NCBI RefSeq assembly: GCF_902713615.1
Contig: NC_052153.1
Span: forward strand, 96,288,301-96,352,300
DNA from: Scyliorhinus canicula
Taxonomy: Eukaryota
Length of the DNA: 64,000 bases
Direction of reading: 5' to 3'
This document shows positions 35,441 through 48,679 of the stretch, one piece after another. Numbering within the stretch: position 1 is the stretch's first letter; the number at the start of each line of letters is the position of its first letter. A model generated the notes under the pieces. That model was not told the origin of the DNA, did no database searches, and saw nothing but the letters and a program-made list of their open reading frames with translations. A program made the position numbers and the translations under genes.

Positions 35441-36634
35441 GGGCGGGATTCTCTGACCTCCCGCCGGTTCACAAATCTCGCGACGCCGCTCCGACGCAGG
35501 AATGCCATTCTCCGATGTGTGCCAAAACGGGCACCCGCGCATGGCGCCCGGTCGCACGGAGAATCACCAAAAACGCCTGTAGCAGCGATTCTCCGATGGA
35601 GCAGGAATTCTCCGGGCTGGATGGGCCGAAGTCATGCCGGCGTGACATCCGTTCTAACATGCTATAAAACAGCATCAACCAATCCTGCTGGCTGACGCTG
35701 CGGGAGGATGGGAGTGACGGTGTGGAGCCGCCCCCGGTGGGTTGGGGGGTGGTTGATGGCATTGGTGGGGGGGGGGGGGAGTCCAGGAGGGGGAACAGCA
35801 CGGCTGTGTCTGCGGGCAGTGTGGGGGAGGCTGCCGGGGGTGGGGTTGGTGTGGGAGGGGTCCACACATATGGGGATGGGGTGGGGTTGAGATGGGGGGG
35901 CCCACACATGTGGGGGTGGGGTAAGGGGGGTGGTCCCACACATCTGGGGGTGGGGGTGGGGAAGGAAGTGATCCAATATCCCCCCCCAGCAACACGCCCG
36001 CTGAGCCCCACTACCTTCCCAGCCACCCTCGGTCCCCCCTCTTCTGAAACCCTCCCTCTAAGTCACGCCCCCCCCCCCCCACTTCAGGCTCTCACAAGGC
36101 CCTCATTCAGGCCCCAGCCCTGGCATTGCCAAAGTTGCGCGGCCCTGGCCACATGGCAATGATACTCTGGAACTGACAATCTAGCATGATGCATTGGACC
36201 CTGAGGGGCGTCAAGGAAGTAAATTTAGTGATCATGAATTAGGGAACTCTCCCTCTGCAGCCTGGCAATGGTAGAGGGGCAGATGGGCAATGGACCTACC
36301 TCCTTGACAGCCCGTGGGGTCCATTGCCCCAGGACAGCACTTGCCAATACTTGCAACAAAGCCCGTCTGGTGGAGTTCCAGCTGAGGGGGTCGAAGCATA
36401 ACGGCAGGATGGAGATTCGGGCTTCCAGCCCGTTAATTTCATTCAGATGAATGCATATGAGCTGTTAGCATGTTCCTGCTGGTGCAGGGGGGGAAGCCCA
36501 CTATGGCCAGCAGGGTGGGACAGGAGACTGGGATGGGTCTGCCGCCCGGCGCCCATCCTGTTTTTAGGCCAACGCTGGATTTTCCGCCCAACCGGAATTC
36601 CTGATTTTGGCGGGCATGGGTGGAGAATCCTCCC
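35441..36634. mobile_element. Harbinger-type non-autonomous element with a G-rich interior
   Basis: GGGCGGGATTCTC...GGAGAATCCTCCC ends. Confidence 0.7.
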
Positions 36635-37310
36635 CTCTGTTTCCAGTCTCCTAACCAATTTTCGATCCATGTCAATATATAACCCCTAATCCCAAGCATT
36701 TTAATTTTGCACACTAACCTCTTCTGTGAGACTTTATCAAAAGCTTCCTGACAATCCAAATACATCACGTCCACTGATTCATTCTTATCAATTCTACCAG
36801 TTACCACCTCAAAAAACTCCAATAGGTTTGTCAAACATGATTTTACTTTCATAAGTCCATGATGACTTTGTCTAATCCTGTTGATATTTTCTAAGTGTCC
36901 TGTTATCTTGTCCTTTCGAATAGACTCTGACATTTTCCCTGTGCCTGATGTTAGGCTAACCAGTCTGTACTTCCCTGTTTTCTCCCGCCTTCTTTATTAA
37001 AAAGCGGGGATACATTTACCACCCTTCAATCTGCTGGGATTGCTCCAGAATCTCCAGAATTTTGGAAGATGGCATCCACTATTATCATGGCCACCTCCTT
37101 TAGTACCCTGGGATGTAGATGATCAGGCCCTAGACTTTCGCTCCCATTAATTTTGCCAGCAATATTTTCTTATCAACACTGTTTTCCTTCAAAACCTCCT
37201 TCTCAGTAGACCCTCAGTTCTTTTGTATTTCTGGAAAATAATTTGTGTCATCCTCTGTGAAGACAGAACTAAATTGCTCTACCGTTTCCTTGTTCTCGAT
37301 TATAAATTTG
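36635..37310 (-). mobile_element. CR1 RT fragment
   Basis: QSHHGLMKVKSCLTNLLEFFE..DVMYLDCQEAFDKV. Confidence 0.85.
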
Positions 37311-37550
37311 TCAGCTATCATATCAATAAGATGCACAAGAAGTTTAAAGATAAAAAAATGAAAAAGACACTGAGCAGGATGGAGTAAGAATACATGGAAT
37401 GAAGATAAATGGCGGGTCAAAGGGGTTAGTTCAAAATAAATGTCTTTTGTGTATTTTTGAGATCAGAGAGAAAGGAAACAATACCATTTGGGTATTTTGG
37501 GAATGAGTTCCAGAAGGCAGCTAAAAGGGAACAAAAAGTAAACCAACATC

Positions 37551-40500
37551 TTTTTTTTTTAGAAAATATTTTATTGAGGCATTTATAGTTTTAAAATTTT
37601 TAACATTCTAAACAGCGAGATGATCCAACATGCGCAAAAAACCCACAATAACACACCCGAATCCCCCCAGCCCTAAACCTTAACTACCCATACATTAGAT
37701 TCCCTGCCCTTAGTCGTCACTTTCCCCTGCCCCCCCCACCTCCACCCCTCCTGATGGTCAATTTTCCTTGAAGAAGTCGATGAACGGCTGCCACCTCCGA
37801 GCAAACCCCTGTAGTGAACCCCCTAAGATGAACTTAATTTTCTCTAGTCTACGAAACTCTGCCATGTCATTGACCCTAACCCCTGACTTTGGAGGCTCCG
37901 AGTCCTTCCATTCCTGCAAAATCTGTTTTGGGACCACCAGGGAGGCAAAGGCCAAAACGTCGGCCTTTCTCTCCCCTGGGCTCCCGGATCTTCCGACATT
38001 TCAAATATTGCCATCTCTGGACTCGGAGTCACCCTCCCTTCCAGGACCTCTGACATGATATTTGAAAATTCCTGCCAAAATCCCCTCAGCTTCGGACACG
38101 TCCAAAACATATGTACATGATTCGCAGGACTTCCCCGTACACCACTTACACCTTTCTTCCAACTCCTCAAAAAACCTACTCATTCGGGCCACAGTCATAT
38201 GAACCCTGTGGACCACCTTAAACTGAATCAAGCTAAGCCTGGCACACAACGAGGATGCATTGACTCTCCTCAGAGAGTCCCTTAACCCGATTTCCAACTC
38301 CCCTCCCAGCTCTTCCTCCCAGTTCCTCTTCACCTCGCTGATTGGGACCCCTTCCCATTCCATCAGTTCCTTGTATATTTCCAAGACACTGCCCTCCCCA
38401 ACTGCTGTTTTAAACAACACCTTATCCTGCAGTCCCCTTAGTGGGAGGTGAGGGATGCTCAGGATCTGCCTCCAAACAAAATCCCGTACCTGCAGGTACC
38501 GGAACTCGTTCCCACCCAGCAACTCAAAGTCCTCCTCTAGCTCCTCCAAACTCGGGAAACCCTCCTCAATGAAGAGATCCCTAAATCTCTCAATCCCTGC
38601 CCGCTGCCACCTCCTGAAGCCCCCATTCAACACCCCCCCCCCCCCCCCCCCCCGGAGGGAACTGGTGATTGTCACAGATCGGTGATCACACCAACGCCCC
38701 CTCCAGTCTCATGTGCTCCCTCCATTGCCCCACACTCTCAGGGCTGCCACTACCACTGGGCTTGTGGAGTACTGAGCTGGGGGGAATGACAGAGGTGCCG
38801 TTGACAAAGCCTTCAGACCTGTGCCCTAGCAAGATGGCACCTCCACTCGCTCCCACACCAGCCCCTCCCTCACTACCAATTTCCTGATCATCGAAATATT
38901 AGCCGCCGGTAGTAATTAATAAAAAGTTCTAAAGGGCCTAGCCCCCCCCCCCCCCCCCCCCCCCCCCTCCCCCCTCCCCGTGCCCCCATTCAAGAAGGAC
39001 CTTCCTCACCCTCGGGGCTCTTCTGGTCCATATAAAACCAGAGATCGCCACAATCATCTTCCTGTAAAATGCCTTGGGGATGAAGGTAAGAAGACACTGA
39101 AACATGAACAGCAACCCGGGAGGACTGTCATTTTCACAGTCTGTACCCTCCCGGCCAATGACAGCGGGAACCATCTCATCTTCAGAAGTCCCCTTTCAGC
39201 CATGATCGTGATGAAAGGCAGATCAGGCTCGAAGGGCCAAAAGACATCCTCCTACTCCTATCTTCTATGTATCTATGTATCTGCTCTATCAACCTGCCCA
39301 AATTTAGTTTATGGGGCTGACCCCAGTCCCTTGCCTTTTGAATCCCCAGCTACCTAAAACTCTCTCCCACCACTTTGAATGGCATCTCCCTCAATCTCCT
39401 CTACTGCCCCCTTGCCTGGATCGCAAAAACCTCACCGTGCCCATATTCAGTTTGTAACCCGAGAAACGACCAAATTCCTCTAGTATCCCCATAATTGCTG
39501 CAATTCCCCCAACGGGTGTGTTATATAAAGGAGCAAATCGTCCGCAAAGAGCGAGACCCTATGTTCTACCCCATCTCTCACTATCCCTCGCCAAATGTTT
39601 GATGCTCTCAGCGCCATTGCCAAAGGCTCTATAGCCAGAGAAAATAGTAGTAGGGAGAGTGGACACCCTTACCTCATCCCCCGACACCGACTAAAATACT
39701 CTGATCGAACCCAGTTTGTCCTCACATTCGCCACCGGTGCCTGATATAGCAACTGGACCCACTCCACAAATCCTTGCCCAAACCCAAACCATCTCAGAGC
39801 ACCCCTCAAGTACTTCCACTCCACCTGATCAAAGGCCTGTTCTGCATCCATGGCCACCACCATCTTGACCTCGTGCCCCTCCGCAGGCATCATTATCACA
39901 TTTAAGAGCCGCCTAATGTTGGACGTCAGGTGTCGTCCCTTAACAAATCCCGCCTGGTCCTCCCCTATTACTCCATAACGCAAACCTCTATGCGTGGGCC
40001 AAGATCTTTGCCAGCAATTTTGCATCTACATTTAACAGGGAGATTGGCCTCTCCAAGCCACAGCTCTCCGGATCCTTATCCCGCTTCAAAATAAGGGAAA
40101 TCAATCCCTGCAATAATGTTGGGGGGAGCACTCAGAGCTCCTTTGATTCGTAAAAAGCCTTTACCAGGAGCGGCCCCAACAGCCCGGAAAACGTTTTATA
40201 AAACTCCACCGGGTATCCATCTGGTCCTGGGGCTTTGCCCGATTGCATCGCTCCCAATCTGTTTATTATCAATCCAAGCCCAATTGGGGCTCCCAAACCC
40301 TCCACCAAATCCTCATCTATCCTGAGGAACTCAAGCCCCCACCCCCAATAATCGCTTCATACCCTCCTCCCCGGCTGGGGGTTCCGATTTATACAATTTA
40401 CTATAAAACTCCCGATACACATCATTTACACCCGCTGGATCCAAAACCACTTTCCCCCCTCTATCTCTTACTTTCCCAATCTCTCTCGCTGCCTCCTGTT

Positions 40501-41220
40501 TCCCCAGCTGGCGCGCCAGTATCCTGCTGACTTTCCCCATACTCATACACCGCCCCATTACCTTCCTCATCTATCCCTCCGCCTTGTGGACAGGAGCCCA
40601 AATTCCAGCTGCAGCCTCTGACGCTCCTTCAAAAGCCCGTCATCCGGAAACTCCACATACCTCCTGTCCACCTGTAAAATTTTGCCTATCAGTCTGTCCA
40701 ACACTGCCCGCTCAGACTTCTCCTTATGGCCCAAATTGAGATGAATTCCCCCCGAATAACTGCCTTCAGTGCCTCCCAAATCACCCCTGCCGAAACCTCA
40801 CCCATGTCATTGATGCCTATGTATCCCCAAATAGCCTCCCTCACCCGCTCACAAACATCCTCTTCCTCCGTTAACAGCCCCATATCCAACCTCCATTGCC
40901 GGCGCTGGGCCTTTCCCTTGCTAACTTGCAAGTCAACCCAGTGCGGGGCGTGATCTGACACCGCTATTGCTGAATATTCAGCATCCACCACCTCAGCCAG
41001 GAGCATTTTGTCCATCACAAAGAAGTCTGTCCGGGAATATACCTTATGCACATGGGAGTAGAGTGAAAACTCCTTACTCCTCGACCTCCCAAATCGCCAC
41101 CGATTGACCCCCCCCCCCCCCCCCACCCCATGCACTCCATGAACCACCGAAGCTCCTTTGCCATGGCTGATACCGTCCCAGACCTAGAAGTCGACCAGTC
41201 CAATCTTGGATCCAGGACCG
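37551..41220 (-). mobile_element. L1-clade LINE, 5'-truncated ORF2 (APE C-terminus, RT, C-terminal zinc finger), frameshifted
   Basis: YSHVHKVYSRTDFF, SDHAP, EDQAGFVKGR, MDAEQAFDQVEW, LFADDLL, NHVHMFWTCPKL; poly(A) tail and AATAAA at 37550-37575. Confidence 0.9.
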
Positions 41221-43802
41221 ACTTTTTGTTTTAGGAAGCGGTCCTACACAATCAATTAGGACCTTTGTAAAAGGTTCCTCAAATGCTGGAATGGGTATTA
41301 AGGGTGCTGGTTTCATCACTGTGTGAGGTTTCCCTATCACTTGACATGTGTGACATGATTGACAAAATGTAACTACATCTTTATGTAGTCCAGGCCAATT
41401 AAAATGTTTTTGGATTTTAGCTTGAGTTTTCCTTATTCCCAAATGACCTCTCACTGGTACCTCATGTGCAACTTGCAACACCTCCTTTCTATACCCTACC
41501 GGCAATACTACTTGATGAACTTCTGCCCACTTTTCATCCGCCTGCATATGTAAAGGTCTCCATTTTCTCATCAAAACATTACTTTTACGGTAATAACACT
41601 CTGGTATACACGCAGATTCCTCTTCTGTGCATGCTTTCCGATACATCCGGTTTATTTCTACATCTTTCTGTTGTAAATCCGCCAATTTTCCTGAACTAAA
41701 AATATCCGCCTCATCCTCCACCTGTTCTTGTTCTTTTTCAACCATCTGATCAAAAATTGTTTCTGATAATTGCACTTCAACTTTATCTTCACACTTTGAT
41801 TTCTCCTGTTGTCTTAACCTGTGACTTTGCGACCTTGTTACTACACAATCCGGAAAAATCCCAGGATATTCGTCCTTCAACACTTTAATTGTGTGATTTT
41901 CCACTGGCTTATCAACCACAGTAGGCATCACTCCCACCTGCGATCCAGCTATATTATTTCCCCAGATAAACTGCATTCCTGAACAAGATAGTTTCTCTAC
42001 TACCACTCACCACTCTTCACTGGACTTTCCAACCTTGTCTTATATAATGGAACACTACTTCTCTCACACTGAATTCCACATATTACCACCTTTTCTGGCA
42101 ACATTCTTCCCAAACTACATAACTCCTCATCTCTTACCATTAAAGATTGACTAGATCCCGTATCTCTTAAAACTGTGACTTCTTTACCTGCTCCTCCTGA
42201 TACACATGAGTAAACTTTACCCACACAAGTAAATTCTTTAAAGAGATCTGGCACCTTCTTATCAATCACCTCTTGATCAGGCTGTACAAACTTTTGCACC
42301 TCCTACGCTTCACTTGGGCTTTCCTTTACCACTTTAACAAACACCACTGTCTTATCCTGTTTTACCACATCAGCCTTCCCAGTATTTTTCTTCAACCACC
42401 AACACTGTGACTTTATATGGCCTAGTTTATTTCAGTGAAAACATTTGAAACTTTTCATTTCTTTTCCACCCTCCTGGATTTATTTTTTTAATCTGAGGTA
42501 CACTCTCCTTATTATCCCCCATCAGATCACCTTTACCTTTACCACTTGAGTATTTCTCATGTCCCCAGTTTCTATCCCTCACAGGCTGAAACTGATGTCG
42601 GAAACCAAACTTTGATTTTTGAACTAATTCATAATCACCTGCCATTTCTGCTGCTAACCTCGCAGTTTTAACCCTCCGTTCTTCCACATGAGTTCTCATT
42701 GCATCAGGAATTGAATTTTTAAACTCCTCCAAAAGTATAATTTCTCTGAGAGCTCCATACGTTTGGTCTATTTTCAAAGCCCTTATCCACCTATCAAAAT
42801 CACTCTGAGCCTTTCAAACTCCACATATGTTTGACGAAATTCTTCCCTTAAATTTTTAAACATTTGTCTGTAGGCTTCAGGCATTAGTTCATATGCGCCT
42901 AAGATGAAGTTTTTCACCTCCTCATACGTCCCAGATACCTCCTCCGGTAGTGATGCAAACACTTCACCAGCCCTACCTGCCAGCTTTGTTTGAATTAGTA
43001 AAACCCACATGTCCTGCAGCTATTTCATTTGTTTTGCTACATTCTCAAACGAAATGAAAAAGGATTCAACTTCCTTCTCGTCAAACCTTGACAATGTTTG
43101 GACATATTTAAATAGATTCCCACCAAGCCTTCGACTTTGACACTCTTTCTCACTATCCTCAACACTATCATCCAACTGTATGTTTCACTTTACGACTGCC
43201 AATTTTAACTGACTGTCCTGTTTCATGGCCATTTTCTGAAGTTCAAACTCTGTCTCTTTATCTTTTTCCCTGATCTGTGTCTCACTTTCTCTTTCTTTTT
43301 GTTCTGCTAGGGCTATTCTTTCTTTTCTCCTTTCTTCTCTCTCCTTTTCTTTTTCCTCTCTCTCTCTTTCTCTTTCTTTTTCCGCTCTCTCTCTCTTTTT
43401 TCCCCTCTCTTTCATATCCAAGCTGCTTTAATTCTTTCTCATGTTCCATTTGTTAAATTTGTAACTGAATTTTTGCCATTTCCAATGAGTCAAACTGTAT
43501 CTCAGGCAACTTTAAATGCGTAGCCACCACCATAATTACCTCATCTTTTCGCATTTTGTCAGGTAATTTTAACTGCAGTGTTTTTGCCAAATCTAAAAGT
43601 CTGTTTTTAGTCTCTGTCCGTAAGGTACTGCGTGTGACCGTCTCCACCCCCAAAAACTTCTGAGCCTCTGAAAGAGCCATTGTCCACAACACACTCCCTA
43701 CTTAAACTAGAATACCACACCTGAAAAGCAACCACAATATGCTCACCACTCACTGTCTTTAAGTTCACTACGCCAATCTAATAGATAGACTTTTATCTCC
43801 CT

Positions 43803-43812
43803 TGAGCCCCCA
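43803..43812 (-). promoter_or_regulatory. Primer binding site, tRNA-Pro-like
   Basis: TGGGGGCTC directly after the LTR end on the minus strand. Confidence 0.7.
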
Positions 43813-43815
43813 ATT

Positions 43816-44385
43816 TGTTATGGGCCAGAGTTTCGAAAACCCCAAAGTGTATCATGGAGTTCACCTGACTCATAACTTTTAATAGATTGTGGTATGGGGA
43901 GCACACGGCCCTCTCTACAGGTGTCGTAGAGCAGAAATGGAGAAGTATTTTTTAAAGCAAAACAATGTTTATTCTATGAACTCAAGTTAACCTATTTAAA
44001 ACATACAGTGAACTTCTTCGCAACCATTAATTCAAATACAACCCCCAAAGAATACAACACTAAGTAATCCTTAAGCTGTCCTTTAAACATCCATATAACT
44101 TAAAAAATAACTTTTAACAGAAGCACATCAGGTTAAAGTCACTACTGAGAGCAGTTATTAATTTTAAATCACCAAAGGATCGATTTACAATTTTTAGATT
44201 ACAGAAAGAGAGACTAATACCCCTTCTGGCCGTGACTGCAGCTATCCAGCTCGGAAAACGAAACTAAAACACACCCTGCAGCAAAACAGCCTAAAACGAA
44301 ATTTAAAAACTGACAGACAGCCCAGCTCCACCCAGTCTCTGACATCACTGCAGTACCCATTTCTTAAAGGTACTCTCACATGACA
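43816..44385 (-). repeat. 5' LTR (570 bp) of the Gmr1-like element
   Basis: TGTCATG...CATAACA on the minus strand, AATAAA present. Confidence 0.85.
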
Positions 44386-44812
44386 ATCTGAACTCAGTGA
44401 TCTGCTCTCGGTGATCTGCTCTCGGTGATCTGCTCTTGGTGATCTGCTCTCAGTGATCTGCTCTCGGTGATCTGCTCTTTATTTTTATAAATTTAGAGTA
44501 CCTATTTATTTTTTTCCAATGAAGGGGCAATTTTTAGCGTGGCCAATCCACCTACTCTGCATATCTTTGAGTTGTGGGGGCAAAACCCATGCAAACACGA
44601 GGAGAATGTGCAAACTCCACACGGACAGTGACCCTGAGCCGGGATCAAACCTGGGACCTCAGCGCCGTGAGGCAGCTGGGCGAACCCACTGCGCCATCGG
44701 ACTGCCCCTCGGTGATCTGCTCTCGGTGATCTTCTCTCAGTGATCTTCTCTCAGTGATCTGCTCTCAGTGATTTGCTCTCAGTGATCAGCTCTCAGTGAT
44801 CTGCTCTTGGTG
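44386..44812. repeat. 14-bp minisatellite (GTGATCTGCTCTCR)n split by a SINE
   Basis: About 6 units before and 7 after the SINE. Confidence 0.9.
44479..44707 (-). mobile_element. HE1-like V-SINE, short-tail type
   Basis: Reverse complement of the 16347 family. Confidence 0.85.
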
Positions 44813-46427
44813 AGCCTGGTCTCTTGTAGGGATGATATGTTGATGTTCGGCCTATAGAGTTCCATATTGATCACAGCCTTCTTGCAAACATTATTGACTG
44901 GCTACAAGTTGTCTTCCCGTCCTGCGCAAAGGTCCTGATGTTCCAGCGTTCTGGCAACTTCTATTTTTTCCTTGTTCCATTTGTTTGCCTGGTGCAATGG
45001 ATTGAGACAACTGGTTGAGCAGAGACTCTAAGCTCCAAGAACTCATTGAAACAGATGGACCATGGTGGGTCAGCACCTTACTAGTTGGGCGTTGCCAGAC
45101 TTAAGATGGGCAGTGGTTGGCCAATAGGATGCAATGGTCACTACAATTGTCAGACACAACCTGTAGCACTCCTTATGCAAATCAAGTTGGCCTTATCACT
45201 CATAACTGTTGTCTCCCATGTTGTGTTAACTCTATGCAATGAAAATATAGTTCCCTCTCCAAGGCACAAATCTGAACAAAATCTATGGAGACTCTGGGCT
45301 GCCAAAACATCAGGTCCCTGCCTTGATCTAATGGCTGAGACCAAGGAAATATGGAGCACTACATTTGGCACAAGCTTGGTTGCAGGAGTTTCCAGATAAA
45401 TTATGGATTTCAGCATCGGTTTTCCTTTGGGCTCCAATTCAGAACGTTTTGTCAGGGATAACTCCCTTTACCTTCAACTCTCCCTAGGTATCCACAAGGC
45501 AGTGGTGCCATTCTCCCATAGCTGGGAGTTTGGTTCATGAGTGTCAAGTGAGCATAACACTGCATGTCTGGGGCCTGAACCTCCTCGAGTTCCTCTGAAG
45601 CTTTAGCCTCGGGGTCGCCAGGGACCCAGTTTCCATGTGTCACTTCGAGGGGGCATAGCTGAGGGCTTGCTGATAGCAGACCTGCATACTGACAGGGAGA
45701 GACTTAAATATGTGGCTCCCTTTTTTGCATTGCTGCTAGCCCAGTGGTGTAGGTTAAAAAAGCACTTTCCCCCCATATACTAGACACCTCACATTGATCT
45801 GTTGGACACCTGCAATCAATATACCCATTACAAAGGGTGTACAGTGCTCCAAATTACTTATCAGTTTATGATAAATTCATAACTTCTCATTTAACAGAAA
45901 TTCATTTTTTTATATTTTCTCTACCTATGAACTATTTTTCCACCTTGACTGTATCAATAGCCTTGAATCATTTGCTTCCTTTAGGCTGTCAATATCAAGG
46001 AAATAATAATTAAATCATTAACGAGTGGTAGAGTTCCTGTCTCCATTACACGTAAAGTGATCATTTTGAGATGTTATTTTGCATAATGAGGTCAGGCTCA
46101 TTAGAGTGATAAAACAGGTTGACTGGTAGTTCCTTTGCTGTTACTGAAGACAAACTCACATTTTTCTATTTTCACACCAATATCAAATATATATATATTT
46201 CTAATCCTCCTTAAGGTCTTTTTCTGATGAGTAAAGCAAGTTACGGATTGATGGCTTGTTTCTTGATGTATTACTACGGAATATTCCTGTCAAAATTAAT
46301 TCCTGTCTATGATTGTAGGAGGACAGTTCGGATAGAACTTTTAAAATCTCATAACATATTCCCAAATAATTATTTGGTTTCTAGATTAATGAGGAGTTAT
46401 GATTTTCCACATGTGACTACTGTACAT

Positions 46428-46555
46428 GGATGGATGGATTTGTTTATTGTTACGTGCACCGAGGTACAGTGGAAAGTATTTTTCTGCGAGCAGCTCAAAC
46501 AGATCATTTAGTACATGAAAATAAAAGGAAATACATAATAGGGCAAAACAAGGTT
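46428..46555 (-). mobile_element. Rex1/Babar 3'-end stub
   Basis: Matches 56090-56210; (GGAT)n tail. Confidence 0.75.
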
Positions 46556-46949
46556 TGTTCCTAGATTATGAAAAAAAAGTAGATGCCAGCTTGATTTGAA
46601 AAATGATTATGTAATGCAGCCCACTGAGCACATGAATGTTCAGTGACTCTATTCCACTGGCACTTAATATATCAAGGGAAATAAGGGTACCTTCAGGAGA
46701 CAAAACAAATCAAACTTTTGATGGCTCAGTCCTCCAATCCTGCATCCCTCAGTGGAGAAAAACAGTAAAAACTAGGAAATAAGGGGCGTGAGTTAATGGA
46801 AAAGTTTGTAAATGTGGCAGTGAGTGGGAAATGCCACAGGGTCCCCAGCACTCGACCCGGCAAGGCTGTCAGCATTCTAATTGGTCCACTTAATGAAGCC
46901 CCACGGGATTCACGCCAAAAATCATGGTTCGTCAGCTGTTTCGCCCGGA

Positions 46950-48450
46950 GGAGTTGGCCCACAATCGACAGGAGACGCTCAGACGGGCAGCAGGGTGCAG
47001 GGCATCAGAATCCTCACCCGCTATGAGGAATGGGTCATGGGGATTACGGGGGTGGCCGAGGACAGGTCGGTCACCAATGTGGAGGTCGGCGTGGAGTGCA
47101 GAGATGAGGATCCATCGAATGCTACCCACATGATCTGTCAAACATGAATTGTTAATACCATACAGCCTGACCCATCCCTCCCACTGATCATGTGTTCATT
47201 CTCCCGCAGGACCTCCAGCCAACAGCACAAGCCCATCCGAGGTGGTCTCCCCAAATTCCACGAGAATATCTTGGAGGAGATCTCCCAGGATGCCATCATG
47301 GAAACGGTACAGCTATCATCCCCTCCCTCCATCAGTGCAGAGATACACACCTCAGTGGACAACGATAATGGTCAGGCTTCTGGGGCACAGGCATCCTGAT
47401 TACTTTGGGGTACATTGTGTACCTTCTGATGCCTTATTAAGTACACGTGATAATAAACAAATCCATCCATCCAAATTCTGGTGAGTACTATACCATTGCT
47501 GATGTACATCAGGTGGAGGCAGGAACGCCCAGGCGAGACAGCAGTCGGAGGTCTGCTAGATCTCAGGACCCAGCTGGGTCCCAGTCAGATGCTGAGCTTC
47601 TGGATTAGGTTTACCTGGAGCTGATGCAGACGATAGGGTGAGGTCGTGAGATTCAGAGGGGGATGTCAGCGACCTGCCAGCAAGTCGATAGCTGATTGGA
47701 GGAGTCCCAGAGAATATGGATGCAGGAGATGGTGCCAGCACTGCGTGGCACCGAGGTCAACACTGCTAAGGTTGCGGTCTCACGAGAGGGCCTGGTGCAA
47801 GACATCAGCAGCGAGTGGAGGTATCCAATGCATAACTCAGTTGGTGACAGCCATAGCTGAGGGCCTCGATAGAATGCCTGACTCAATGGAAAACGAGACC
47901 CAGTACCAGGCGGGCCTTGATGAGGTACTGAGACATATGTCCCAGTCTCAGATGGGAATGACCAAGGCATTGCGGAGCTTGTCCCAGTTGCAGGTGGCAA
48001 TTGCCGGAGCTGCGGAGTATGCCCCGCCATTGAGAAGCATCGCCGTGGTGTCAAAAAATGCTGCAGACATTGGGGAGCCGCCAGGGCTGGAAGAGCCATA
48101 TCACGCACGGGCAGCCAGGACAGAAACCAGCTGCCCTCGATCCCGAAGTGAACCCCAGGACCCTATAGGCACCGACCGGGAGGAAGGGGCTCTGGGTGCC
48201 TACCTGGACCCATTCTATGGAGTGGTGACAGTGACCAGCTCACCCAAGTTCCACCCCTCTGACAATGCCACAGCCCGCAGTCAGCACGCGGTATGGGGTG
48301 GTACGGCGGGGCAAGTATGTTGGGGCCTTCTGGCCCCAGAGGACGCCCGCCAGGGGCATCGAAGGCCAAGGGACGTGGTGAGCAGTTGGCTGCTACCACC
48401 TCTGATGCACCTAGATGCAGCGGTAGAGCATGATAGGCTAAGCACCTCGA
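46950..48450 (+). pseudogene. Harbinger Myb/SANT partner gene, downstream exons
   Basis: ELAHNRQE..IRILTRYEEWVMGITGVAEDRSV; intron-like segment 47104-47209; coiled-coil-like tail. Confidence 0.6.
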
Positions 48451-48679
48451 GGAACATTGAGTGGGCACTGGGGGAGAGGGGGCAAGGGGGGAAAGTGAAT
48501 ACATAGTGGATAAGGGGGGTGTGTGCAGGGAGGTAAGGGGGTGGAAATGTGCAGTGGCTGGGGGAAGGGTGGAGAAAGAGGGAGGGTGAGTGGGGCAGCA
48601 CCATCGGGAGAGTGGAGCAGTGGTGAACTCTCTGTGAAACTCATTAACATGTCTGCACATCCAACAATATGACACCTCT

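Larger units (their letters stand above)
41221..44385 (-). mobile_element. Gmr1-like Gypsy LTR retrotransposon, 5' part (LTR, PBS, gag with SCAN-like domain and zinc knuckle, protease, integrase N-terminus)
   Basis: LLEEFKNSIP..HVEERRVKTARLAAEMAGDY, LRDTGSSQSL, then directly AHE..GHLG..CQSCHTCQ..IDCVGPLP (PR-IN order). Confidence 0.9.

Noticed and set aside
35469-36162. Pro-rich and Gly-rich ORFs
   Set aside because: Translation of a G-rich low-complexity MITE interior
44386-44812. CRISPR-like repeat array
   Set aside because: Head-to-tail 14-bp units without spacers in a vertebrate context
44880-45650. Possible decayed gag region on the minus strand
   Set aside because: Similarity too weak to assign
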